The translations under genes were made by a program, and so were the position numbers. Of a stretch of 64,000 bases of DNA, positions 46,906-59,989 are shown one piece after another. Source of the stretch: the human T2T-CHM13v2.0 reference genome, Homo sapiens; assembly GCF_009914755.1 (NCBI RefSeq), contig NC_060926.1. The stretch is one strand, 5' to 3'. How positions within the stretch are numbered: the first letter of the stretch is position 1; every line of letters begins with the position of its first letter. The notes beneath the pieces were generated by a model, which saw only the letters and a list, made by a program, of their open reading frames with translations, made no database searches and was not told where the DNA came from.

Positions 46906-49900
46906 TCATTACAATTAAGAACTAAAAAGCATCAGAAAGATGCTCACTGAGGGCAAGGAAACAATGCATGAACAAAGTGAGAATTTCAAAAAAGAAATAG
47001 AAAATATTTTTTTAAATACCATACAGAAATCAGGGAGCTAAAAAATACAATAACTAAACTGAAAACTTACTATAGGGGTTAGAGAGCAGACTAGATTAAA
47101 TAGAAGAAAGGATCAGTGAACTGAAAGACAGGTCATTAGAAATGATTCAGTCAGAAGAGCAAAAAGAGAAAAATGAAAAAGAATGAAGAAAGTTTAAGGG
47201 ACATAGAGGACACCATCAAGTGTACCAATACATACATTATGGGAGTCAAGAAGAAGAAGAAAATTAAAAAGTGCAAAAACTCTTATTCAAAGAAATAATG
47301 GCTATAAACTTCCCAAATCTGGGGAAGGAAATGGACAGCCAGATCAAAGAAGGCATAAGGAGACCAAATAAGATGAATCCAAAGAAATCCACACCTGGAC
47401 AAATTATAAGCAAACTGTCAAAAGTCAAAGGCAAAGGCAGAATTTTGAAAGCAAGAGAAAAGCTACTTGTCACACGTAAGGGAAACTCCATAAGATTATC
47501 AGATTTTTCAGCAGAAACCCTGCAGCCAGAAGAGAAGGGAAATAATATATTCAAAGTGCTGAAAGAAAAAAAATCCTGCCAATCAGAAATACTATACTCA
47601 GTAAAACTGTCATTCAGGCATGAAAGAGAGATCATTTTTTCAATGAGGCAAAACCTAGGGAGTTCATCATTAGAACTGTCTTACAAGAGAAGCTAAAAGG
47701 ACTTTTCAAGTTGAAATAAAATGATGCTACATGGCAACATAATAGCATAAAAAAGTATGAAACTTATGTAACTTAATGATAAAGGTAAATACAAAGACAA
47801 ATGCAGAATACTGTATTACCATAATAGTGATATGTAAATCACTTTTAATTCTAGTATCCAAGTTAAAAGACAAAAGTATTAAGTATAACTATAACCAAAA
47901 AAGTTAAAAGATATGCAGTATGACTACATGTAAATTATAACAAGAGTAGCCTAAAGTGTATGTGTGGAGGGAAAATGTTAAAATGTAGAGTTTTTGTGTG
48001 TGTCATTGAACTTAAGTGATTATCATCTTAAAATAGACCATTATAACCACAACATATTTTATGTAAATCTCAAGGTTACCATACCAAAAACTACCTATAG
48101 AGGTATATAAAAAAAGACAAAGCAATAAAAACATATCAATACAAAAATATCAATAAAACACAAAGGAAGATAGCAAAAGAGGAAAAGACAATGAAAACTA
48201 TAAGACTAACAGAAAACAAAAGTGGCAATAGAATATTCTTCCCTACTAATAATTACAGGTAAATTAAACTCTCCAATCAAAAGACAGAGAGTGGCTAAGT
48301 AGATAAATAGAATAAGACCCAACTATGTACTGCCTACAAGAAACTCGCTTTATATTTATGGATATACATGATCTGAGAGTGAAGAAATGGAAAAAGATAT
48401 TCTGTGAAAACCAAAAGAGAACAGGGGTGGCTATGTTTACATCAGACAAAATAGACTGCAAGTCAAAAAAGTGTCACAGGTGACAAAGAAGAATATTATG
48501 TAATGACAAAAGAGTCAATTCACTAGGAATATACAACAATTATGAATATACATGTACCCAACATTAGAATACCTAAATATATAAAGCAAACATTGACAGA
48601 ACTGAAGAGAGAAATAGATAGCAATACGATAATAGCAGGAGACTTAAATATCCCACTTTTAATAACAGACTGAAGATCCATACAGAAGACCAATAAGGAA
48701 GCAGAGAACATGAACAACGCTATAGGCCAAATGGGCCTAATAGATATATACAGAATATTTCACCCAGCAGCAGCAGAATACACATTCTTCTCAAGCACAC
48801 ATAGATCTTTCCCTAGGATAGATCACATTTTAGGTCACAAAACAAGTCTTAACAAACTTAAAAAGACTGGAATTATACCAAGTATCTTTTCTGACTACAA
48901 TGGAATAAAACTAGAAATCAAGAGCTTAAAGAAAACAGTAAAACCCACAAACATGTGAAAATTAAACAATACTCTTGAACAACTATTGAGTCAAAATAGA
49001 AATCAAAAAGAAAATTGGAAAATAAGGCAAATGGAAATGAAAACACAACATACCAAAACTTGTGTGATGTGGCAAAACCAGTTTTAACAGGGAAGTTAAT
49101 GCTGATAAATGTCTACATTAACCAAAGAAAGATTTCAATAAAAAGCCAATTTTATACCTCAAGGATATAGAAAAAAAAAAAAAAAGAACAAACCAAGCCC
49201 AAAGTTGGCAGAAGGAAAGAAATGATAAAGATTGGAGCAGAAATAAACAAAATAGAAAATAGAAAGACAATAGCAAAAAAATCAATAAACTAAGAGTTTG
49301 TTTTTTTGGAAAGATAAACAAAATTGCAAACTCCTGCTACACTGAAAAAAAGAAAGAAGACTAAAATACAATTAGAAATAAAATAAGAGACATTGCAACT
49401 GATATCACAGGAATTCAAAGGAACATAACATATCTGTTTTGAACAATAACATACCATCAAACAGGATAACTTAGGAGCAATGGATAATTCCTAGAAATAC
49501 ACAACCTACAAAGACTAAATTATGAAGAAGTAGAAAGTCTGAACAGATCTATGACTAGTATGGAGATTGAACCAGTAACCAAAAATCTCCCAACAAGGGA
49601 AAGCTCAGGACCAGATGGCTTCACTGGTGGATTCTACCAAACATTTAAGGAATTAATGCCAATTCTTCTCAAACTCTTCCAAAAAATTGAAGAGGAGGGA
49701 ACACTTCCAAACTCATTACATGAGGACAGCATTACCTTGATACCAAAGCCACACAAAGACACCACAAGAAAAGAAAATTACAGGCCAATATCCCTCATGA
49801 AAATAGATGCAACAAAATACTAGCAAACTGAATTAAACATTAAAAGGATCATACATCATAACCAAGTGGGATTCATCCCTAAGATGCAAGGATATAAAAT

Positions 49901-50167
49901 CAATTTATGTGATACACCACATTAACAGAATATAGGATATAAATCACATGATTGTCTCAATTGATGCAGAAAAAGCATTTGACAAAATTCAACACCCCTT
50001 CATGATAAAAACTCTCAACAAACTAGGAACAGAAGTAAAATATCTCAGCATAATGAAGACCATCTATAAAAAGCCTACAGCTAACATCGCACTCAATAGT
50101 AAAAAACTAAAAGCTTTTCCTCTAAGATTAGGAATAAGGCAAGGATGCTTACTTTCACCTTTTCTAT

Positions 50168-50502
50168 TGTAGGGGCCAAGGGAAAATTACTCTTTATCTT
50201 CAGATGGTTCACTGAAAAATCAACTGATAAAGGTGGATTAATTGGAGAAAAGGCATACAAATTTATTAACTTGTATATGGGAGAGAACCACAGCATAATT
50301 ACCCCAATCACCCAGTAGGTTTCAGAACCTTATGTGCCATCTTGAGGTTACAGAAGGAATGGGGGTTGGATATCAGCAAAACAGATTATGGGAGGGGGAG
50401 AAGAGGAAGCCTGGCTAACAAAGGTGGTCCTGCTATGTAAGTGAAACCTCACAGGTAGTAGCCTTCAGAGAGAATGAATAATGAATGAATGTTTTCTTCA
50501 GA

Positions 50503-50537
<35 letters not shown>

Positions 50538-51060
50538 ATGTGTGTGGAGACAGGGTCTTGCTCTATTGACCAGACTGGAGTTCAGTGGCACAACCATGGC
50601 TGTCTGCAGCCTTGAACTCCTCGTCCCAAGCAATCCTCCAGCCTCAGCCTCTCAAGTAGCTGGGACTACAGGTACACGCCGTCACACCTGGCTAACCGTT
50701 TTTTTTTGTTTTGTTTTTTGAGATGGAGTCTCACTAGATTGCCCATGCTGATTTTGAACTCCTGGACTCCAGTGATCCTCCTGCCTTGGCTTCCCAAAGT
50801 GCTTGGATTGGAGACATGAACCACTGCACCTGGACTTTCAGACCTTTAAATGTATTATACTCTCAGTTAATCTTTTGTAGATAGGACGAGGGAGAGCCCC
50901 AGAGAAAGCCTGGCAGCATCAATGAAGATTTCGTACAAATGCAAATCTCCCCTCCAAAGACAGCTTTGCAGGGCTACCTCTGTTTGCAGACTTGCTGAAC
51001 AGCCACCTCAAAATATGTCAAGGAAGTATATTTGGGGATGAAATACTTTGATTTCCCTCA
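50168..51060 (-). mobile_element. ERV1 MER4-group solo LTR (subfamily uncertain) containing an Alu
   Basis: TG...CA termini interrupt L1 ORF2 at ...tttctat|ctcttcaa; 4-bp TSD ctat/ctct. Confidence 0.7.
50504..50835 (-). mobile_element. AluJ SINE
   Basis: Long poly-T, diverged antisense Alu; TSD ttcagatcttt / ttcagaccttt. Confidence 0.88.
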
Positions 51061-51590
51061 CTCTTCAATGCAACATCGGAATTCCTATCCAGAGCAATTA
51101 GGCCAAAAAACAAACAAAAAGGTACTTAAATCACAAAGAAGTAAAATTGCTCCTATTTGCAGATGACATGATCTTACGTATAGAAAACCCTAAAGACTTC
51201 ATAAAAATTTTCGTTGGAACTAATAAACATATTCAGTAAAGTTTCAGAATACAACATTAACATACAAATATCACTTGCACACACATTAACAATGAATATG
51301 AAATGGAAATTAGGAAAACATTCCCATTTACACTAGCACCAAAAAGAATAAAATACCTAGAAATAAACTTAACTAAGGAAGCAAAAATCTTGTATACCAA
51401 ACACTACAAAGCATTGTTGAAAGAAATTAAACAAGACACAAGCAAATGGAAAGTCATCTGTGTGTTCATGGATTGGAAGACTTAATATTGTTAAAATGTG
51501 CATACTTTTTAAGACAATCTGCAGATTCAATGCAATTCCTAAAAAAAATTTCGTTAGTATTTTTTACCAAAATAGAAAAACAAAATTCTA

Positions 51591-51931
51591 CTATGCAGCC
51601 ACAAAAAAGAACAAGAACACATCTTTTGTAGGAACATAGATGGAAATGAAGGCTATTATCCTTAGCAAGCTAAAGCAGGAACAGAAAACCAAATACCACA
51701 TGTTGTCACTTATAAGTGGGAGCTAAATGATAAGAACTTATGAACACAAAGAATAAAACAACAGACAGGTCTACTTGAGGGTGGAGGTTGGGGGGAGGGA
51801 GAGGAGCAGAAAAGATAGTTATTGGGTACTCTGCTTAATATCTGGGTGATGAAATAATCTTTACAACAAACCCCCATGGCACTTGTTTTCCTATGTAACA
51901 TGTACCCCTGAACCTAAAAGTTAAAAAAAGA
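51591..51931 (+). mobile_element. 5'-truncated L1PA/PB-like 3' end inserted into L1MA ORF2
   Basis: ctatgcagccacaaaaaa...cacttataagtgggagctaaa...tgtacccctgaacctaaaa; TSD aaaattcta. Confidence 0.85.
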
Positions 51932-52509
51932 AAAAAATTCTAAAAATAATTTGGAACCACAAAAGACCAATAGCCAAATAAATCTTGAGAAAGAATGACA
52001 AGGCAGTCATCACACTCTCTGACATCAAAATATAGGACAAAGCTATAATAATTAAAACAGAATTGTCATGGATAGATATATAGAAAAATGAAACAGAATA
52101 GAGAGCCCAGAAAAAAATAACTATGCATATATGTTTAATTGATCTTCAATAAGGGTGCCAAGGATATACAGTTGGAAAAAGATCATCTCTTCAACAAATG
52201 GTGATAAGAAAACTAGATATCCACATGTAAAAGAATGAAATTGGCCCTTTATCTGACACCATATGCAAAAATCAACTCAGAATGGTTTAAATGATTGAAT
52301 GTAAGACACAAACCTATAAAACGCCTAGAAGAAGACATTGGGGGAAAGTGCCATGACAATAGTCTTGGCAATGATTTTGTGGATATGACAGCAAAAGCAG
52401 AGGCAACGACAACAAAATAAACAAGTGGGACTACATCCAACTAATAAGCTTCTGCACAGCAAAGAACACAATCAAGAGTGAAAAGACAACATATAGAATA
52501 GTAGAAAAT

Positions 52510-55172
52510 TCATATGATTTGGCTGTGTCCCCACCGAAATCTCACCGTGAATTGTAACTCCCACAATTCCCATGTTCCATGGCAGGAACCCAGTGGGAGG
52601 TGATTGAACTATGGGGGCAAGTCTTTCTTGAGCTGTTCTCGTGATAGTGAATCAGGCTCACGAGATCTGATGGTTTTAAAAAGGGGAGTTTCCCTGCACA
52701 AACTCTCTTCATTTGTCTGCTGCCATGTGAGATGTGCCTTTCACCTTCCACCATGATTGTGAAACCTCCCCAGCCATGTGGAACTCTGAGTTCAGTAAAC
52801 CTCTTTCTTTTGTAAATTGCCCAGTCTTGGGTGTGCCTTTTTTTTTTTTTTTTTTTTTGAGATGGAGTCTCGCTCTGTCACCCAGGCTGGAGTGCAGTGG
52901 CATGATCTCCACTCACTGCAAGCTCACCCAGGCTGGAGTGCAGTGGCGTGATCTCCACTCACTGCAAGCTCTGCCTCCTGAGTTCACGCCATTCTCCTGC
53001 CTCAGCCTCCTAAGTAGCTGGGACTACAGGCACCCACCACCATGCCCGGCTATTTTTTTTGTATTTTTAGTAGAGACAGGGCTTCACCATGTTAGCCAGG
53101 ATGGTCTTGAACTCCCGACCTCAGGTGATCCACCCGCCTTGGCCTCCCAAAGTGCTGGGATTACAGGCGTGAGCCACTGCGCCCGGCCGGGTATGTCTTT
53201 ATCAGCAGCGTGAAGACGGACTAATACAGTAAATTGGTAGCAGTAAAGTGGGGTGTTGCCAAAAAGATACCTGAAAATGTAGAAACAACCTTGTAACTAG
53301 GTAACAGGCAGAGGTTGGAACAGTTTGGAGGGCTCAGAAGAAGGCAGGAAAATGTGGGAAAGTTTAGAACTTCCTAGAGACTTGTTGAATGGCTTTGACA
53401 AAAATGCTGATAGTGATATGAACAATAAGGTTCAGGGTGAGGTGGTCTCAGATGGAAATTAGGAACTTGTTGGGAACTGGAGCAAAGGTGACTCTTGTTA
53501 CGTTTTAGCAAAGAGACTGGTGGCATTTTGCTCCTGCCCTAGAGATTTGTGGAACTTTGAACTTGAGTGAGATGACTTAAGGTATCTGGTGGAAGAAATT
53601 TCTAAGCAGCAAAGCATTCAAGAGGTGACTTGGATGCTGTTAAAGGCATTCTAGTTTCAAAAAGGAAACAAAGCATAAAAGTTTGGAAAATTTGCAGCCT
53701 GACAATGCAGTAGAAAAGAAAATCCCATTTTCTGGGGGAGAAATTCAAGCTGGCTGCAGAAATTTGCATAAGTAATGAGGAGGCAAATGTTAATCACCAA
53801 GACAATGGGGAAAATGTCCCCAGGGCATGTCAAACACATCTGTGGCAGTCCCTCCCATGACAGGCCCTGAGACCTAGGAGGAAAAAGTGGTTTTGTGGGC
53901 CGGGCCCAGAATCTCCATGCTGTGTGCAGCTTAGGGACTTGGTGCCCTGTGTCCCAGCCGCTGCAGCTGCGGCTGAAAGGGGTCAATGTAGAGCTTGGGC
54001 TGTGACTTCAGAGTGTGCAAACCTCAAGTCTTGGCAGCTTCCACATAGTGTTGACCCTGTGAGTGCACAGAAGTCAAGAATTGAGGTTTGGGAACCTCTG
54101 CCTAGATTTCAGATGTATGGAAACATCTGGATGTCCAGGCAGAAGTTTGCTGTAGGGGCAGGATACTCATGGAGAACCTCTGCTAGTATGGTGCAAAAGG
54201 GAAATGTGGGGTGGGAGCCCCCACACAGAGTCCCTACTGGACCACCACCTAGTGGAGCTGTGAGAAGAAGGCCACCATCCTCCAGATCCCAGAGTGGTAG
54301 ATCCACTGACAGCTTGCACTGTGTGCCTGGAAATGCCACAGACACTCAATGCCGGCCCATGAAGGCAGCTGGGAGGGAGGTTTTACCAGCAAAGCCACAG
54401 GGACGGAGCTGCCCCAGACCATGGGAACCCACCTCTTGCATCAGCGTGACTTGAATGTGAGACATGGAGTCAAAGGAGATCATTTAGGAGCTTTAAGATT
54501 TGACTGCCCTGCTGGATTTTGGACTTGCATGGGGCCTGTAGCCACTTTGTTTTGGCCAATTTCTCCCATTTGGAATGGCTGTATTTACCCAATGACTGTA
54601 CCCCCATTGTAACTAGGAAGTAAGTAACCTGCTTTTGATTTTAGAGGCTTATAGGCAGAAGGGACTTTCCTTGTCTCAGATGAGACTTTGGACTGTGGAC
54701 TTTTGAGTTAATGCTGAAATGAGTTGAGTCTTTGGGGGACTGTTGGGAAGAAATGATTGGTATTGAAATGTGAAGAAATGAGATTTGGGAGGGAACAGGG
54801 GAAGAATGATATGATTTGGCTTCGTGTCCCCACCCAAATCTTGTCTTGTAGCTCCCATAATTCCCACATTTTGTGGTGGGACCCTGTAGGAGATGACTGA
54901 ATCATGGGGGCAGCTCTTTCCGGTGCTCTTCCTGTGATAGTGAATGGGTCTCATGAGATCTGATGATTTTAAAAATGGGAGTTTCTCTGTACAGGCTCTC
55001 TCTGTCTTTGCCTGCTGCCATCCATGTAAGATGTGACTTGCTCCTCCTTGCTTTCCACTATGATTGTGAGGCCTCCCCAGCCATGTGGAACTGTAAGTCC
55101 AATAAACTTTTTTATTTGTTAAATTGCCCAATCTTGGGTATGTCTTTATCGGCAGCATGATGGACTAATACA
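52510..55172 (+). mobile_element. Complete THE1 (MaLR): 5'LTR 52510-53228, internal 53229-54806, 3'LTR 54807-55172
   Basis: Two LTRs (atatgatttggc..gtgtccccacc...ggactaataca), ~1.58-kb internal region, polypurine tract gggagggaacaggggaagaa before the 3'LTR. Confidence 0.93.
52838..53188 (-). mobile_element. Alu within THE1 5'LTR, with internal 46-bp duplication
   Basis: TSD gggtgtgccttt / gggtatgtcttt; tcacccaggctggagtgcagtggc..gatctccactcactgcaagc twice (52878, 52924). Confidence 0.92.
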
Positions 55173-56598
55173 GTAAATATTTGTAAACCAAACATTTGAT
55201 AAAGGGGCTCCTATACCTCAATAGTAAAAAACCAAATAACCTGATTAAAAAATAGCTGAAGGACTTGAATAGATATTTCTCCAAAGAAGACTTACAAGCA
55301 ACCAACCCATACATGAAAAAGTGCTTAAAGTAACTAATCATCAGAGAAATGCAAGTCAAAACTACAATGAGATATCACCTCACACCTCTCAGGATGGTTA
55401 TTATCAAAAAACCAAAAGACCACAAGTGTTGGCAAGGATGTGAAAAAGTTGGAACACTTTCACCCTGTTGGTAGGAATGCAAAATAGTGCAGCCACTATG
55501 GAAAACTGCATGAAGGCTCTTAAAAAAATAGAACTGCCATTTAATTTAGCAATCCCAATTCTGAGTATTTATCAAAACAGTTAAAACAAGGATCTCAAAG
55601 TGATATTGATGCCCCAATGTTCACTATAGCACTTTTCACAATAGCTAAGATGTGGAAACAACTTAAATGTTCATGGATAGATGAATGAAGGATATGTGTT
55701 ATATACATTGGATATGATACTATTCAGCTTTCAAAAAGAAGGATATTGTGCAATATGTAACAACATGGATTAACCTTGAGGACATTATGCTTAGTGAAAT
55801 AAGCTAGTAACAGAAAGACAAATGTTACATGATTCTACTTATAGGAGATATTTAAAATAGTCAAATTCATAGGATCAGAGTAGAATGATGATTCCCAGAC
55901 TCTGGAGTAGAATGATGATTCCCAGACTCTGGGGGAGGAGGAAATGGAGAGTTACTGATCATTGGGCATAAAGTTTCAGTTAAGCAAGATAAATAAGCTC
56001 TGGAGAGCTGCTGTATAACATTGCATCTATAGTTAACAATAAGGCACTGTATACTTGCCATTTGTTAAGGGGGTACATCTCATGTTCTATTCTTACCACA
56101 ATAAAATGTAGTGAAAAACAAAAACAAAAAAGCCCTAAAAGACACCAAAGAATGGACAGATAAGCCACAGGATGAGAAAAGATATTTGCAATACATATAT
56201 CCAACGAAGGACTTTCACACAATATACAAAGATCTTCTACAGATCAATACACAAAAACAGACAACAACTTTACAAAAGAGGGAATGGTTCAAGTGGCCAA
56301 TAAATATATTAAAAGATCCTCATATTTATTAGTTATGAAGAAAATTATAACAACAGTGACATAGCAACACAGCCATTAGAATAGCTAAAATTATAAAGAA
56401 ACTCAAAATACCAATTTTTGGAAGTTGTGGAGCAGATGAAACTTTTACACATTGTTGGTGGGAATGTTAATACAACGTTTTGGAAGACTGGCATTACCTA
56501 GTAAAAATGAGCAATTATGTTTCTTAATGATTCAGCAATTTTATCTCTAGGTATACATATTCAAGTGTGTGGCCACCCATTAGATGTTAAGAATGTTC

Positions 56599-56760
56599 AG
56601 CTGGGCATGATGGCTCACACCTGTAATCCCAGCACTTTGGGAGGCAGAGGAGGGAAAATCTCCTGAGCCCAGGAGGTTGTGGTGAGCCGTGATTGCACCA
56701 TTGCATGCCAGCCTCGGTGACTGAGTGAGACTCCGTCTCAAAAAAACAGCAAAACAAAAT
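56599..56760 (+). mobile_element. FLAM-like Alu monomer
   Basis: Single-arm Alu with A-rich tail; TSD-like aagaatgtt / aataatgtt. Confidence 0.8.
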
Positions 56761-57164
56761 AATGTTTGTAGCAGTAGTATTCATAATATTCCTAAATGGA
56801 ATATTCCTCAAATGTTCATAAATAATAGAATGGATACATAAATTGTAATACACTCACCCAGTAGAATCCTATATAGCAATGGGAATGAGCAAGTTACTAT
56901 TAGGCACAAAAACATGAATGGATCTCATAAATTATTGAGCTGAAGAAATCAGATGCCAAAGAATACATACTATGTGACTCCATTTATATGTTGTTCAAAA
57001 ACATGCAAAATTTAAACTTTAGCAATAGAAGGAAGAACAGTGGTTACCTGGAGGTAAGGGGTGGGTGCGTAATGACTTGGAGAGAGCACGGAGGAGATTT
57101 CTGGGGCGCTAGCATACTCGATGTCCAGATATGGTGGTAACACAAGCATGTTCACTTTGGGGTT

Positions 57165-57345
57165 GGCTGACCTGAGCTTGAATCCTGGCTCTTGGGGAGT
57201 ATGACCCCAACTTACGTAACCTCTCCAGGACTCAGTTTCTTTATTTGCAAAGTTCAGATAGTGAAACCCAGAAAGATTAATGACACGACAACAGGTAAAG
57301 CTCCTAGCCCAGGCCCTGGCATGAGCTGGGGCTCTGCAGTTATTC
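57165..57345 (+). mobile_element. MIR
   Basis: gacctgagcttgaatcctggctct...ctcagtttctttatttgcaaa. Confidence 0.65.
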
Positions 57346-57457
57346 ATTTCTTTCCCCTCACTCTGTGGTTATAAATGCACTGCCTGACCTAGTTAAACAA
57401 GATACCACCCCTTGTCCCCTCTTCCTCCTCTACCATCCACACACATCAGTGAGGCCT

Positions 57458-57787
57458 TCTTTTTATTTTTTATTTATTTTTATTTTTATTTTTTTTTAGA
57501 TGAAGTCTCACTGTGTTGCTGTTGCCCAGGCTGGAGGGCAGGGGCCCGATTTCAGATCACTGGCTAACTGTAACCTCCACCTTCCTGGTTCAAGTGATTC
57601 TTGTGCCCCAGCCTCCCAAGAAGCTGGGATTACAGGCGCATGCCACCATGCCCAGCTAATTTTTGTATTTTTAGTAGAGATGGGGTTTTACCATGTTGGC
57701 TGGTCTTGAACCCCTGACCTCAGGTGATCCATCTGCCTGGGCCCCACAAAGTTCTGGGATTACAGTTGTGAGCCACTGCACCCAGGC
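57458..57787 (-). mobile_element. AluS SINE
   Basis: Antisense Alu; TSD agtgaggccttcttt / agtgaggcattcttt. Confidence 0.9.
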
Positions 57788-58955
57788 AGTGAGGCATTCT
57801 TTATGAAATGATTTATCTTTTATGAAAGGGTAGAGGCAAGGGCAGCCATCTATGCAATAGGGACTCTGTCTATGGCTATTCAGCAGAGTAAAGATATGTA
57901 ACTGGCCTAGATGCCAAATCTATAGGCTTGGCTTTCTCAGGCTGGGCTGCAGGCTGTATGTATAGTATGTATTCCTCAAATGTAAGGATCTTTCCTAGTT
58001 CCAACTCTCTTCATGGGGAGGGCATGGCCTCTCACATGCAGATAGATGCCTGTCACTTGATTCATTCAGTCTCTTAGAATAAAGGATGAGGCAATGGCGT
58101 GGAGGGTATCCCAAGCATTTGGCAGAATCCCAATTCTCAGGATTAACTTTTACCTCCCTGACCTCTCCCTGCAATTCCTTTTGGATCGGGTGTCCTTAGC
58201 TTCCTGTCCTAAACTGTTGGAGGGTGGTTGCCGGGCAGCTGTGAAACATCTGCCACCACATTCCACCTTCATTGGAGAGGTGGGCAAAGTGATATATGTG
58301 TGAATTTTCCAAATATTGTGTGTGTGTGTGTGTGCACTTGTATAAAATTTCATTTTTAAGGCCCTTCACAGAGTCTCAGGGATGAAAGCATGGAGTTGGT
58401 GCTATCATTATTACCGTGAGGCCCTCGTATTGCTTTGGCATATATAATGTTTCCCAGGCATATAACATTTTTCATTTAAAGAGGCAGCCTAGAGCACATT
58501 CCAACTTCAAAGATTTTCCTTTCTGGATGGTGGTTTTCTGCCCTAAGTCCTTGGGAAAATGTTGCCACATTTTTTTTTCTTTTTCTTTTTCTTTTTTAAC
58601 CCAAGTGATTGACTTCCTTGAAAGGAGGAGATAGAGCTCTTGTAAAGATTTAATTTTTATGAGTTCTCTAATTCTCTCCGGGAAAAAACAGATTACTCCT
58701 CAAAGTTACTCTATGGGGTGTAGAGCCCCAGTGGCAAGGCAGAGGCCGGCCCATGGGTGTGACTTCCTGTTTGGTGCGGGTGGTGCACTGCAGGCTGTGG
58801 AGCTCAGGGTCAGAGGGAAGAATGCAGTCTCTGGCAGAGCCGGCTTCAATTCCGGTTCCATTTCTTCTCAGCTATGTGTCCTTGGGCTTTTAACCTCATC
58901 CTCAAAAACAGAAACACCATCTCTGCTCTGAAGGACTAAATAAGATAGTGTACAT

Positions 58956-59176
58956 AGGTGGTTTTCAACTGGGATGATTTTGCCTCCTCCCACCATGGGG
59001 TACTGGGCAATGCCTGGAGACATTTTTGGTAGTCAGGATTGGAAGTGGGGTTTGCTACTGGCATCTAGTGGGTAGAGGCAAGGGATGCTGCCAACATGCT
59101 ACAGTGCCCAGGACAGCCCTGCAACAAGTAATTAATCAGCCCAGAATGCCAACAGTGCGAGGCAGGGAAACCCTGG
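58956..59176. mobile_element. MER20 hAT-Charlie fossil (adjacent MIR ~58820-58955)
   Basis: gtggttttcaactggg...ggcaatgcctggagacattttt...tgctactggcatctagtgggtagagg...gaaaccctg. Confidence 0.88.
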
Positions 59177-59479
59177 TGTACATGGCCACTTGGGGCAGAG
59201 CTGTCCTTTAGTGGATCTTCCCTTCCTTTCTTTTTTCCTTTGGTCTGTAATTTCTTCCCCAATCATTTTCCCCATGGAGGACCTTCTTGGAATTTTTGAT
59301 GTTTTTTTTTTCCAGTGAGTTCACCCCCTGCTTCTCTGCTGTGGTTATTTTAGATCTCTTCACTCCCATCAGAACTCACACCCACAACCCCTTCCCTCTC
59401 ACTCTTAGCAGATGACAAACTTAGAGGGAAAATTGACATTTCCGGAGAATTCATTCATTTTTTCTGCTCCCAAGCCCAC

Positions 59480-59985
59480 TGACCTACTTCATCTGTACCT
59501 TTGAGGCAGACATGGCTATTTCTAACCCAGAGTTGCCCCTTTCTTCTTTCTCACTGAAGCACTGATTCTGTTCGTGTGCTGGGTGGGAACTGGGCCCAGC
59601 CTTGGTCTGTGCGTGACTGTTAAGTCCCAATTTTACATAATGAGATGTGTCAAGAAGTCTTGTGAAGTGCTTCTGAAAAATGTTTTTCTTTCTTCTAAGA
59701 GAAAAGTGCATGAAGAGAATTATGCCCTTTACGGACACATGGTTCCTGGTTATGAATGGGGTATGTAAGGATGTGATGCTTAGAGCTGCTGCAGCCATCC
59801 TGCAACCATGAGGCAAAGGTGAAACAAATTACAGAGCTGTTGATTCTGAGCCCTGCCAACATTGAACAGTTTAATTAAGGGTAGCAAAAAGCTACTGTTT
59901 GACTTTCAAATGTCCAAGCTACTTTCCAAGTTACAATCCCAGAGGGTGTACTGTTACCTGAACCCGACAGAGTTTCTAACATATA
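59480..59985 (+). mobile_element. Old MLT1J/K-like LTR
   Basis: ggatgtgatgcttagagctgctgcagccatcctgcaaccatgagg...ctgttacctgaacc...ctaacatataca. Confidence 0.6.
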
Positions 59986-59989
59986 CAGC

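Larger units (their letters stand above)
46910..56110 (+). mobile_element. Long degraded L1MA-like element (ORF1, ORF2, 3' end) with nested insertions
   Basis: Peptide remnants 47271 (ORF1), 48710 (IDIYRIFHP..YTFFSS..IDHILGHK), 49551 ([17 protein letters not shown]), 49948 ([15 protein letters not shown]); L1MA9/10-like 3' end ttcttaccacaataaaa. Confidence 0.88.

Noticed and set aside
53924-54454. 176-aa ORF as a gene
   Set aside because: It lies in the THE1 internal region, is a decayed MaLR ORF remnant, and has a non-ATG start.
52595-54905. DUX4 sites in the THE1 LTRs
   Set aside because: The corresponding positions read tgattgaacta and tgactgaatca, degenerate from the TAATTGAATCA-type motif.
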